Shown piece after piece: positions 40,910 to 50,751 of a stretch of DNA of 64,000 nucleotides. Source of the DNA: Atribacteria bacterium SCGC AAA255-G05 (GTDB lineage Bacteria; Atribacterota; Phoenicimicrobiia; Phoenicimicrobiales; Phoenicimicrobiaceae). The stretch lies in NCBI GenBank assembly GCA_000405605.1, contig ASPA01000002.1:16998-80997 (forward strand), in the 5' to 3' direction. The position numbers and the translations under genes are program-made. Below the pieces are notes generated by a model. That model worked only from the letters and a program-made list of their open reading frames with translations. It did not search any database and was not told where the DNA came from. Every line of letters starts with the position of its first letter. The first letter of the stretch is position 1.

Positions 40910-41206
40910 GAGTATGAGAAATTTCTAGAACAAAACAGAATCAGACATACCAAGATTAAACCGAGAACTCCGCAAAGCAATGGGATAGTAGAAAGATTTA
41001 ATCGTACGCTACTGGAAGAGTTCTACCAGATAGCCATGATCAAAAAAGTATATTCCTCTTTATCCGAATTACAAGATGATCTGGATCAGTTTATCACTGA
41101 TTATAATTTTAAAAGAACGAATCAAGGTTACAGGTTAAAGGGTAAAATCCCATATCAAAAATTCTTAGACGGTAAGCGAAAATATTCTTTACCTGAACCC
41201 TTATAA
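40910..41206 (+). pseudogene. IS481-family transposase C-terminal remnant (integrase-core end).
   Basis: 'KPRTPQSNGIVERFNRTL' hallmark. It continues the reading frame interrupted at 38603. Confidence 0.6.
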
Positions 41207-41558
41207 ATAGTATTATTCTCTATAGGAAAGAGCATAAAGTGTAAACACCACTTGAAAGTAATACAATTTATATTTGTTCGTTTCATAAAGTAAAATACAG
41301 AAATATTAATGTGAAAGAATTATTTTATATTATAAAAACATTTTGGAAGGATGGAATAAAGAAGAATTTAAGATACATTCATACTAATAAATATGTAAAA
41401 GTTTGATTTGTAGTTTATAATAAGGAAGGCATACCGCTTTTATATGAACTTAGTAATATAATATAGAGACCTTTCCCTTTTCAAATATTATCAAATATAT
41501 TGATAATAAATACCCAGTATAACTTAACGCTAGTAATTAATAGAGGTTAAAAAATTCT

Positions 41559-43073
41559 ATGGATATAAATATTATCATTGCTATACTTGGATTTATTTTA
41601 ATAATTTTAGGAATAGGGTTTCATAAATTTGGTATAAAAGATAAAATAAAGGTTGTAATTGGAATATTAATAATTGTGTTTGCTGTTTATAATGGAAGAG
41701 TTGTTATATTTAAAGAAAAAGAATTTAAAGAAGATGTTAGTAATGAAATACAAATAACGCATCTAATTAGTATGGGCTTATCTGAAAGCGAAATTGAAAA
41801 TCTTGGGAGAAATCCCTTATTGAAACAAGCTTATGAAAAAGGTCAAGAATATGAAAGAGTGGGAAGTTTTAAAAAAGCTATTGAAAGTTATAATGAAATT
41901 ATTAAATATTCTCTTTCTAGTGATAGAGATAGAGTATCTGCTTACAATTTAATTGGTCTTTGTTATTTTAATTTGTATGAGCTAGAAAAAGCCAAACAAA
42001 ATTTTAAAAAAGCTGAGGAGAAAATTGAAAATTTAAAAGATAAAAAATATAAATCAAATGGAAAAATGATAACTTTTCATAATATCGGTCGTGTTTATAA
42101 AGAATTAGCGCTGTGGAAAGATGCCCAAGAATATTTAGAATGTTCCTTAAAAGAAAGTGTTAAATTAGGTGATGATTTACAAAAAGCAATTACACTTTTA
42201 AATATTTCTGAAATATACTTCCAATTAAACAAATATAAAATAGCTATTGAAAAAATGTTTCAAGCTATCCTGGCCTTCCAGGAGGCTTTGAATTTCTATA
42301 TTCCAAAGAACTTCCCCATAGACTATGCCCTGACCCAGAACAACTTGGGGACTGCCTATGGCACCCTTGCCGAGGTACAGGATAAGGTCGAGAATTGCAA
42401 TAAAGCTATCCAGGCCTACCAGGAGGCTTTGAATTTCTATATTCCAAAGAACTTCCCCATAGACTATGCCAAGACCCAGAACAACCTGGGGAATACCTAT
42501 CGCACCCTAGCCGAGGTTGAGGATAGGGTTGGCAACTGCAATAAGGCTATCCTGGCCTACCAAGAGTCCTTGAAGTTTTATACCCTAGAGGATTTCCCTA
42601 TGAACTATGCCCTGACTCAGAACAATCTGGGGAATGCCTATCGCACCCTAGCCGAGGTTGAGGATAGGGAAGGCAATTGCAATAAGGCTATCCAGGCCTA
42701 CCAAGAGTCCTTGAAGTTTCATACCCTAGAGGATTTCCCTATGAACTATGCCCTGACTCAGAACAATCTGGGAACTGCCTATCACACCCTAGCCGTAGTT
42801 GTAGATAAGCTCGAGAACTGCAATAAGGCTATCCAGGCCTGCCAGGAGGCCTTGAAAGTAAGAACCCCAGGGGATTTCCCCATGCAGTATGCCATGACCC
42901 AGAACAACCTGGGGAATACCTATCGCACCCTAGCCGAGGTTGAGGATAGGGAAGGCAACTGCGATAAGGCTATCCTGGCCTACCAGGAGGCTTTGAAGTT
43001 CTATACTAAGGAAGAGTACCCTGAAGCATACAGAATAATCGAAAAAAATATAAAAAATGCATATGAGTTTTAA
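41559..43073 (+). CDS. Membrane-anchored TPR-repeat protein.
   Basis: Two N-terminal transmembrane helices, then TPR-like helices, then six near-identical 41-aa repeats ('AIQAYQEALNFYIPKNFPIDYALTQNNLGTAYRTLAEVEDR.GNCNK'). Confidence 0.75.
   Translation: MDINIIIAILGFILIILGIGFHKFGIKDKIKVVIGILIIVFAVYNGRVVIFKEKEFKEDVSNEIQITHLISMGLSESEIENLGRNPLLKQAYEKGQEYERVGSFKKAIESYNEIIKYSLSSDRDRVSAYNLIGLCYFNLYELEKAKQNFKKAEEKIENLKDKKYKSNGKMITFHNIGRVYKELALWKDAQEYLECSLKESVKLGDDLQKAITLLNISEIYFQLNKYKIAIEKMFQAILAFQEALNFYIPKNFPIDYALTQNNLGTAYGTLAEVQDKVENCNKAIQAYQEALNFYIPKNFPIDYAKTQNNLGNTYRTLAEVEDRVGNCNKAILAYQESLKFYTLEDFPMNYALTQNNLGNAYRTLAEVEDREGNCNKAIQAYQESLKFHTLEDFPMNYALTQNNLGTAYHTLAVVVDKLENCNKAIQACQEALKVRTPGDFPMQYAMTQNNLGNTYRTLAEVEDREGNCDKAILAYQEALKFYTKEEYPEAYRIIEKNIKNAYEF
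42262..43000 (+). repeat. 6 × 123-bp tandem repeat (intragenic) with ~50% GC, against ~27% GC in the rest of the gene.
   Basis: Direct reading shows units that are >85% identical at the nucleotide level. Confidence 0.8.
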
Positions 43074-43486
43074 CATAAAAAATTAAGAAGATTTATTAAA
43101 AAAAACATAATTAAGATAATAAGCTTTTTTTACAAAGAAAAGCTTATAAGATGTTTTAATTAGAATTAAATTCGATTTATGCACTTATTTCTATATAAAA
43201 AGAATTTTTTAACCAAATGATTTTGATTATTTTATTGAACATGTTTTTCATTTTTTCATTTTTAAAGCAATTATTGTATTTTTCACTCTGTACTTTCTAT
43301 TAAAATGATAAAGTTTACTTTTGTAATACATGGTTAGAATAAGAGTAGGGAGTATACTTTATTGATAAATAAGGGATAATAAGCTATTAAATTGGATTTA
43401 TAACGCTTACAGGAAGGTTAATTAAATCCTTTAGTTTATAGATATTTCGCATATCTTTGATAATTTGGTTCCAACTGGAAAACGTT

Positions 43487-43595
43487 AGGGGAGCCAGACC
43501 ATTCCCAGCCCTTTGGTATTTTACTGAAGGGCTTTTATTATTTTTATTAAATTATTTTTCAGAAAAAGAAGGATTTTTAATAAGTTGTATAGTAT
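43487..43595. repeat. R1 repeat, partial copy E (3' half with terminator GCCCTTTGG…GAAGGGC and promoter-like tail).
   Basis: Matches the 3' part of R1 copies A, B and C, including 'aaaaagaaggattttta'. Confidence 0.55.
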
Positions 43596-43821
43596 ATATA
43601 AAATAATGACTAAAAAAATATAATAAGAGTAGTTTTCATCTAAGTAGAATATCTGTAATAATATTATACTAAAATAAAAAGCTATATTATCTAAGATTTA
43701 GACTAAGAATAACACTCTTTCTCTATCCCAAGAGACACAACAAGTAACATACCCTAACTATACTAACCATCCAACCAGTAATCTTCTATCATTACTTAAC
43801 CTAATATTAAATATTGTATTC

Positions 43822-44384
43822 TGTATGAAGGTAACAGGAGAGACTTTTTCTTTCCATCATAAAAGAAAAAGAGCCGAAGAGGCAAGATACCAAAAGTATC
43901 CAAACTTTCAGGCCAATGGACTGTTACCGGACAGAACTCTGGAGAGCTTTATACTAAAAAGCACCGACGGGGCAATTCCTAATCTTTAGGAAAACCCATA
44001 CAGAGTTTACTAAAAAGAACTATCTCCTAATTTCTTAGGAAGAATCTTTCAGGTAAAAGGACAGAGCAAGAATAGCAATATAACTATTTTTACTCTGTCC
44101 TTTTTTATTTTTATGATGAACAGTCTATGCAAATACTTAAAAGTTGACAAAGGTAAACTATTCCGAAAGGATAGGGAGCAAGGTTATGAATCTAAGAATT
44201 GGTTAAGATGAAATAAATTAAGTGTACTGCTGAGAGGATTAAAAAATAAAAAAGGAAGGAGTGATTGATAGGATAATATAAAAAATATAAATAAAGTATT
44301 AATTTCGATTATCATTTAAAATTTGCTGCAGACTAAAGACATATAAGACTTTTCCAATAAAATAATTAAAAGGAGTTATTTAAA
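43822..44384 (+). ncRNA. R2 conserved leader copy C, with an internal terminator at ~44055-44112.
   Basis: Collinear with copies A and B. It ends at the ribosome-binding site 'aaaaggagttatttaaaATG', which is shared with copy B. Confidence 0.5.
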
Positions 44385-44825
44385 ATGGATAAAGAAAAAA
44401 GAATATGGATAGCATTATTTCTTGCACTTTCCTTAATGTTAATTTTGTCTGGATGTAGTGGTTTACCAACAACAGCGAAGTTAACTATATCTATTGATCC
44501 AAACCCGGTACCTTGTTCTAGTGAAGATGGAATATGGCGTTATGCCATGACCATTAGTGAAAGTAACGGTGTAGGGGTTACTCTCACTAGCATAAGATTT
44601 GATTCATATGACCAGGAGGAGCAGTTATACTATACACAATTTTTGTATGAAGAGGATATTATCGATTGGTTTGGATCAAATTATATTCCCGCTTTTTCCA
44701 TTCTCCAAAATAGTAGCATTGGAAGTTCAAGTTCAAGAAAATATGCGATAATAACAATCGAAGGTATAGATGATAGCAGTAACCCAGTTGAAGCAACTCG
44801 TAGAGTAGATTATCTACCTAAATAG
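44385..44825 (+). CDS. Lipoprotein, 'DPNPVPCSSEDG' paralog family.
   Basis: Lipobox 'LSGCSG'. Paralog of 32872 and 45033. Confidence 0.65.
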   Translation: MDKEKRIWIALFLALSLMLILSGCSGLPTTAKLTISIDPNPVPCSSEDGIWRYAMTISESNGVGVTLTSIRFDSYDQEEQLYYTQFLYEEDIIDWFGSNYIPAFSILQNSSIGSSSSRKYAIITIEGIDDSSNPVEATRRVDYLPK

Positions 44826-45032
44826 AATTATATAACGATAATATCTCATATGAGCATAAAAACTAATTTCAATAAATTAAGTTTGCTACAAAAAGGAGGC
44901 TTTAAAGATAAGGTAGATCTGAAATATTTAAATTTATTTTTAACTTATAAGGCAATTTGATCATCTTTTTTGTAGTACTTAAGTTATTCCGTTATTTACA
45001 AAAATAAAATAATTAAAAGGAGTTATTTAAAA

Positions 45033-45500
45033 ATGAATAAAGAAAAAAGAATATGGATACCATTATTCCTTATACTTACTTTAATGATAATTTTATCTGG
45101 ATGTAGTGGTTTGCCAAAAACAGCAAAGATAAACATCACCATTGATCCTAATCCTGTACCCTACTCTAGTGAAAATGAGAATTGGCCATTTGATATGGTT
45201 CTTGACGAAAGCAATGGAATAGGGGTTACTTTAAGTAGTTTAAGATGGGATGAGTATAACGTGGAGGAGCAATTAATTTATACGGCAATTTGGTATGAAA
45301 CAAACGAAGAGGCAATTACATCATTGTTTGGGTCAAATTATCTTCCTGCTTTTTCTTCACTTCAAAACGACTTTGGTTATTATATAGGTCCAGGAGCAGG
45401 AGATGAATTTGCACAATATATAGTACTAACAATCGAAGGTGTAGATGATAACGATAATCCAGTTGAGGCAACGGGTAGAGTAGATTTACTACCTGAATAG
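45033..45500 (+). CDS. Lipoprotein, 'DPNPVPYSSE' paralog family.
   Basis: Lipobox 'LSGCSG'. The last ~30 nt of its upstream region are the same as in the R2 leaders. Confidence 0.65.
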   Translation: MNKEKRIWIPLFLILTLMIILSGCSGLPKTAKINITIDPNPVPYSSENENWPFDMVLDESNGIGVTLSSLRWDEYNVEEQLIYTAIWYETNEEAITSLFGSNYLPAFSSLQNDFGYYIGPGAGDEFAQYIVLTIEGVDDNDNPVEATGRVDLLPE

Positions 45501-45620
45501 TTTTACACAATTAAATAATGGCAGGGAACGGTTCTTTATTATTTTTAATATCTACCATAGAAGAATTTTTAAATATTTTTAAAGAGTGAAATTTGATTCA
45601 AATAAAAGGAGGGATAAAAT

Positions 45621-46421
45621 TTGAAAAGATATAATTTCTTTATTTTATTACTCGTATATGTTCTTCTTTTGATTCTTTTATCAGGTTGTTCCGGAAGTGA
45701 ATATATTCCAGTGCCACCGCAGGGGCAGATAACTCCTGGTCATATGGCAGTGATTTGGTATGATTGGCCCCAGCCCCCAGGCAGTGGTTTCTATAATTTT
45801 GATGTTCTTTTGACTATTGATGTAGATCCTGGTATGCAAAGCCCCTATTTCTGGGCACACCAATTCCATTTCAAGAATGAAGAAGTGGGTTATATAGGAT
45901 TACAAACCAATGGGGTTATATATGGTGAGTGGGTAGGAAAAATGGCCATATTTTCCATGTGGGATGCCTTAGAAGTAGAACCAGGCCCTGGGGTATCATC
46001 TGAATGGTTTACTTGGGAGGGTTATGGTTGGGAGTGTAAGAAAAAATATAATTGGGTAGAAGGACATACGTATTGTCTTAGGGTAGAGGCATGTGGTGTT
46101 GATGAGCAAGATAATGAGTGGTGGGGAGCTTGGATTATAGACACATCTACTAGTGAAGAAATGTTTCTTGGAAAAATAAAAGTTCCTGCCTCCTGGCAAC
46201 GGATGGATGATTATTCCGCAGTTTGGGTAGAGTATTACGGACAAGTGAATGATTGTGATTCTATTACTTACGCAAAAGCCCGCTTTGAGCAGCCTACTGC
46301 TGATGATGACAATTTCTCGCCTCAGGAGTTTACTTCTGTAATAGGAACAACCTGTACTAATGCCCAGATCATCCTTTTAGAAAATAATGGAGTAACTTTT
46401 GAAACTGGAGGCTCTCTCTAG
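45621..46421 (+). CDS. Lipoprotein, hypothetical (Trp-rich).
   Basis: Lipobox 'LSGCSG' and ribosome-binding site AAGGAGG. Confidence 0.6.
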   Translation: MKRYNFFILLLVYVLLLILLSGCSGSEYIPVPPQGQITPGHMAVIWYDWPQPPGSGFYNFDVLLTIDVDPGMQSPYFWAHQFHFKNEEVGYIGLQTNGVIYGEWVGKMAIFSMWDALEVEPGPGVSSEWFTWEGYGWECKKKYNWVEGHTYCLRVEACGVDEQDNEWWGAWIIDTSTSEEMFLGKIKVPASWQRMDDYSAVWVEYYGQVNDCDSITYAKARFEQPTADDDNFSPQEFTSVIGTTCTNAQIILLENNGVTFETGGSL

Positions 46422-46469
46422 AAATTTAGAAGATATAAAGATTGAATTTTTTAAAAGGAGTAAATTGAA

Positions 46470-47189
46470 ATGAAACGATTGCTCTTCATCGTTGTAATAA
46501 TCGCTATATGTGTAAGTATCAATGCCAATGTCTTAGCGAAAGTAAAGTTTGGCAACTGGGACAGGTGGGACGAGGAATTACCTTCCTGGAATAATGAAGG
46601 CTGGGATTTAGAAGAACATTGCAGACTTACCTTTGTAGGTTTTCCTTTCATTAGGAGAACACTTATTTGGCTCCCAGTAGAAGAAGGTAAAGTACGTGCA
46701 GTATCTGGAACAGAATCGATTGATAATACATTTTTTTTACTAACTCATTTATCTTTCATAAAAGATAAAAAATCCCAGGCATCGATTATTCTTTTCTCTC
46801 CAGCAACAGCAGGTAAGAATGTTGAAGGTGTTAAATGCAATAACTCTGTGCTTAATAGTGCAAAATTTGCGATAGTGGCTTTTCCACCAGATAAAAAAGA
46901 AATAGTCTTGAGAGTATATGAGAATGAAAATGGATTATTCCGTTTATTAGAAGAATGGGGCGTTGCTTTTCAAAATGAAACAATCATAATTCCCGAAAAA
47001 ACGGTTAAATTTTCACAGAAATATGAAGAGTTTGTCAGTCAATCTCAACAATTAAATAATCAAAATATTATAGTTTCTTCATCTTCGATTATATTAATAG
47101 TTAGAGATAATAAGAAAAAGGAATTTAATCTTGGGGTATCTTTGGAAATTTTAGATGGAAAAAAGATAATAACACCTATTTTCTATTAA
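46470..47189 (+). CDS. Secreted hypothetical protein.
   Basis: Signal peptide 'IAICVSINANVLA' and ribosome-binding site AAGGAG. Confidence 0.55.
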   Translation: MKRLLFIVVIIAICVSINANVLAKVKFGNWDRWDEELPSWNNEGWDLEEHCRLTFVGFPFIRRTLIWLPVEEGKVRAVSGTESIDNTFFLLTHLSFIKDKKSQASIILFSPATAGKNVEGVKCNNSVLNSAKFAIVAFPPDKKEIVLRVYENENGLFRLLEEWGVAFQNETIIIPEKTVKFSQKYEEFVSQSQQLNNQNIIVSSSSIILIVRDNKKKEFNLGVSLEILDGKKIITPIFY

Positions 47190-47305
47190 AAGTCCATTTG
47201 TTTAGCTTTTAAAAAGTTAGGAAATGCCTTATCAGGTTTTGTGATGTGTGCTATGAATATACCCGTCATCTCTAGATGTTATTTTGTTATATTCTTTTAT
47301 AGTAG

Positions 47306-47402
47306 TTATGCACATATTATTTCTTCTAACTTATGATATACTTTTTCAGTTTCATCACTCATACAAAAAGTTCGAAAATCGTTCTGTCTGGCCGACCATT
47401 TA
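47306..47402. repeat. R1 repeat copy D, truncated. It has a minus-strand mini-ORF (47306..47362, MSDETEKVYHKLEEIICA) and no terminator half.
   Basis: Homologous to the 5' half of R1 copies A, B and C. Confidence 0.6.
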
Positions 47403-47484
47403 AAAAATTTAAGAACAGGGAATCGATAAATTTATTTCTGAAAAAAGATATTACTACCAATTGCTTAATAATTTGTTTTTGATT

Positions 47485-48841
47485 TCAAAAGAAATTTCGT
47501 GTTCTTTTACAAACAGAAACAAGCATTAACATTACCGGGACTTCAATTAAAACTCCTACTACTGTTGCCAAAGCAGCACCAGAAGATATACCAAAAACCA
47601 TTATTGCAGTTGCAATAGCTACCTCAAAATGATTACTCGCGCCAATTAACGCAGAAGGAGCAGCATCTTCATATTTAAGCTTTAATAGTTTTGCTAATCC
47701 GTAGGTGAGAAAAAAGATAAGGTTGGTTTGGATAAAAAGTGGAATAGCTATCCATAGTATGGTTAGAGGTTTGGTTAAAATAATCTCACCTTTAAAGGAA
47801 AAAAGTAAGATTAGAGTAAATAATAGAGCGACAATAGATACCGGTGTAAGCAGATGTAAGAAATTCTCCTTAAACCATTTTTCACCCTTTACCTTTATTA
47901 TCCATTTTCTGGAAAAATAACCTGCCACCAAGGGTAGGGCAACATAAATGCTTATAGAAAGTAGTAGTGCTTGCCAGGGGACAGGTAATCTTCCCACGCC
48001 AAGCAGAAACCCGCCAAGTGGTCCATATAAAAGGAGCATAGTTAGAGAATTTATTGCTACCATAACCAACTGGTTATGGTAGCAATAAATTCTCTAACTA
48101 TGCTCCTTTTATATGGACCACCAAGGGTAGGGCAACATAAATGCTTATAGAAAGTAGTAGTGCTTGCCAGGGGACAGGTAATCTTCCCACGCCAAGCAGA
48201 AACCCGCCAAGTGGTCCATATAAAAGGAGCATAGTTAGAGAATTTATTGCTACCATAACCAGTGTATGCCCTGCATTACCTTTTGCCAGGAAACCCCAGA
48301 CCAAGACCATTGCTGTACATGGAGCAATACCCAATAAAATATTTCCTGCAAGAAAACTTCTCCACAGAGGTATTTGAAGCATCTTCAGGCCACTATCTAA
48401 AACTACTGCTCCCGCTCCATGAATTGTTCCTACTGCCCAATCTGCTCCAGGTGGAAGTTTTACTAAATCCATTGCCTCACTCCCAATAAAATTTTTAAAA
48501 AGAAAACCTAAAAAAAAGATAGATATGGCATACATAGTAAAAGGTTTTATTGCCCAGTTAGCGAATAAAGTCAGTCCAATCGGCTTAATAGATTTTCCTG
48601 CCTTTAACACTTCTCCGAAGTCAATCTTTACCATAATCGGATACATCATAAAAAATAGACAAACTGCAATCGGGATAGAAACTACTGGTGCTTCACCAAT
48701 ATAAATTGCTAATCCGTCAAGATATTTTGCTACTCCGGGAATAACCTTGCCAAAAATAATACCAATAACAATACATAACAAAACCCATACCGTTAGATAT
48801 TTTTCAAAAACATTTAAGCCCCCATTTTTTTCTCTGGCCAT
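47485..48841 (-). pseudogene. acr3: ACR3-family arsenite efflux transporter (ArsB/Acr3), disrupted by an internal duplication-inversion.
   Basis: The N-terminal part (ORF 48098..48841) and the C-terminal part (ORF 47485..48069) share the overlapping peptide '[46 protein letters not shown]'. Confidence 0.65.
47926..48261. repeat. Direct 143-bp duplication (47926-48068 = 48119-48261) separated by a 50-bp inverted copy of the repeat's own end.
   Basis: '…gctaccataacca|actggttatggtagc…' forms a perfect palindrome at the junction. Confidence 0.7.
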
Positions 48842-48854
48842 AATTGATCTCCTT

Positions 48855-49556
48855 TTAAATGCTCCAAATTAAATACATCCCACCTAAAATAATTAGAACA
48901 CCACATATTTTTTTTATTAAAACTGCGCCTTTAGATTTTTCATTCCAATTCAAATATTTCTGTACAATTTCTGTAAAGGTTCCTGCTAAGACTATTATCG
49001 AACAATGACCAATACCATAAGCAAAAAGAAGTGCAGCTCCATAGAAAAATTGTGTTACTGATATTGTAAATACAATACCCAACATTGGTGCCATATAAGC
49101 AAAGGAACAGGGACCAAGAGCGATACCAAAAATTAGACCTAATCCAAAAGCGGCCAACAATCCTTTTTTCCGGAAGGTTGGTTGATTAGTTTTTCCCAGA
49201 AAAGGTAATTGAATGACTTCTAAAAGATGAAAACCCATGACGAAAAAAATTACTGCTACTATATAATTTCCACAAGAACCGACATCACCCAACATACGAC
49301 CTAAAAGTCCGGTAATAAGACCGATAGCGGCAATAGTAATTAAAATACCCAGAGAAAAAGAGGTTGCCAGCCAAAAAGCTCTTTTAGTTGACATCTTACC
49401 TTGCTCTCCGATAAACGCTATAATTAAGGGAATACTGGCTAAATGGCAAGGACTTAATAATATGCTTAACATTCCCCATAAGAGAGAAGCGGTTAGCGCA
49501 ACAATAAGGCTTGATTGCATTGAATTAGAAAGCCATTCAAAAATGGTCAGTATCAT
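48855..49556 (-). CDS. ccdA: Cytochrome c biogenesis / thiol-disulfide electron transporter CcdA (DsbD transmembrane-domain family).
   Basis: Six transmembrane segments, with conserved cysteines in the first ('SPCHL') and fourth ('GPCSF') segments. Confidence 0.8.
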   Translation of the reverse strand: MILTIFEWLSNSMQSSLIVALTASLLWGMLSILLSPCHLASIPLIIAFIGEQGKMSTKRAFWLATSFSLGILITIAAIGLITGLLGRMLGDVGSCGNYIVAVIFFVMGFHLLEVIQLPFLGKTNQPTFRKKGLLAAFGLGLIFGIALGPCSFAYMAPMLGIVFTISVTQFFYGAALLFAYGIGHCSIIVLAGTFTEIVQKYLNWNEKSKGAVLIKKICGVLIILGGMYLIWSI

Positions 49557-49966
49557 TATTTGACTCCTTGTTTTTCAAGAACTTTAAGTAATTCATCTTT
49601 GGCAAAAAATCCAAGATGCCTAAAATATTCATTTCCATCTTTATCCAGAAAGACCTGAGTTGGGATTGCCCTAATGCCAAATTCCTTAATATAAGGTTGG
49701 CCTTCTGCGGTCTTCACATCGTGAAAAACTACTTTTACCTGACCTTTGTATTCTTCTTCAATTTCTTTCATAATTGGCTGCATCTTATCGCAGGGGATAC
49801 AGCCAACCGACCCAAGTTCTACAAAGGTTACTTTAATCTCATCGGTCATCGTATCTTCTTGAGTTAAACTAGTGTCAGTGTTATTAGATACCCTTTTAAA
49901 ACCAAAGACTATAGCTAAAAGTACTAAAAAAATTATAATATAAATATATTTTTTCTTATTTTGCAT
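49556..49966 (-). CDS. Membrane-anchored thioredoxin-like protein.
   Basis: 'GCIPCDKM' CxxC motif in a thioredoxin fold. N-terminal transmembrane anchor. Confidence 0.7.
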   Translation of the reverse strand: MQNKKKYIYIIIFLVLLAIVFGFKRVSNNTDTSLTQEDTMTDEIKVTFVELGSVGCIPCDKMQPIMKEIEEEYKGQVKVVFHDVKTAEGQPYIKEFGIRAIPTQVFLDKDGNEYFRHLGFFAKDELLKVLEKQGVK

Positions 49967-50043
49967 TAATTTATCTCCTTCTTATTTTTTCTCATTCCCA
50001 TAAAGAGAGGAATCCATATTTCTTTTTATATTATTTAAAATTA

Positions 50044-50694
50044 CTAAAAAGAAGACTTTTTAATACAAGTACATACATCTGGCTCTTCTACAACTTCTTC
50101 CTTCTCTTTTTTTTCTTTCTTTGGGATTTCTTTCTTCTCACTTGCTAAAAAGTAGCTCATATATTGAAACATTAGGGTTTGTTGATTGGAGATAATGCCC
50201 GGGTATACCCTTTTAACAACTAAGTTATTATCTAAAAAGATAGCAGTTGGTAAAGTGTCAATATTATATAGTTCGCTTACTTTTTTCTGACTGTCTAATA
50301 TAATCGGGAAGGGTATTTTATTATCAGATAAATATACCTTCATCAATTCGATATCTTTTTCTTGTAATTTTTCTTGTGTATTTACGAAGAATACTTCATA
50401 TTTTTCCTGAATAATATAGTTTTCGAAATATTCTACTAATTTTTTTACACCTGTAAGAGAATCGTAATTATCCTGGGAATAAAAGTAAAGGATAAGAAGT
50501 TTCTGTTTTTCTCTTTGATCTTTTAGATTAAAATAATCTCCTTCTATTGTTTTAAGACTAAAAGTAGGCGCAGGAAAACCTGTTTTTAAAGTTGAGGAAA
50601 AACCGATTGAGCAAAAAGAAATTAAAAATATAGTTGTTAGAATCATAATAAAGTAATATCTTTTTTTATTTTTAAAGCAAGTCATAAAAATCAT
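50044..50694 (-). CDS. Thioredoxin-fold (TlpA/redoxin-like) exported protein lacking a canonical CxxC motif.
   Basis: Signal/transmembrane N-terminus, redoxin-like core and a C-terminal 'CTCIK' motif. Confidence 0.45.
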   Translation of the reverse strand: MIFMTCFKNKKRYYFIMILTTIFLISFCSIGFSSTLKTGFPAPTFSLKTIEGDYFNLKDQREKQKLLILYFYSQDNYDSLTGVKKLVEYFENYIIQEKYEVFFVNTQEKLQEKDIELMKVYLSDNKIPFPIILDSQKKVSELYNIDTLPTAIFLDNNLVVKRVYPGIISNQQTLMFQYMSYFLASEKKEIPKKEKKEKEEVVEEPDVCTCIKKSSF

Positions 50695-50751
50695 TTCCTT
50701 TCATTTGTAATATATTTTTTTATGAAATAAGAACACTAAAACTTTTTGTTA

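Larger units (their letters stand above)
37777..41255 (+). mobile_element. IS481-family insertion sequence (decayed), itself interrupted by IS21 #2.
   Basis: Terminal inverted repeats 'gtagtgtttacacttcactt' (37777-) and its reverse complement 'aagtgtaaacaccacttg' (-41255). The transposase reading frame is split 37837..38603 / 40910..41206. Confidence 0.6.

Noticed and set aside
31381-47402. Diversity-generating retroelement (DGR) explanation for the lipoprotein paralogs and repeats
   Set aside because: There is no reverse transcriptase anywhere in the window. The repeats lie upstream of the genes and do not match their 3' ends. Paralog differences are not adenine-specific.
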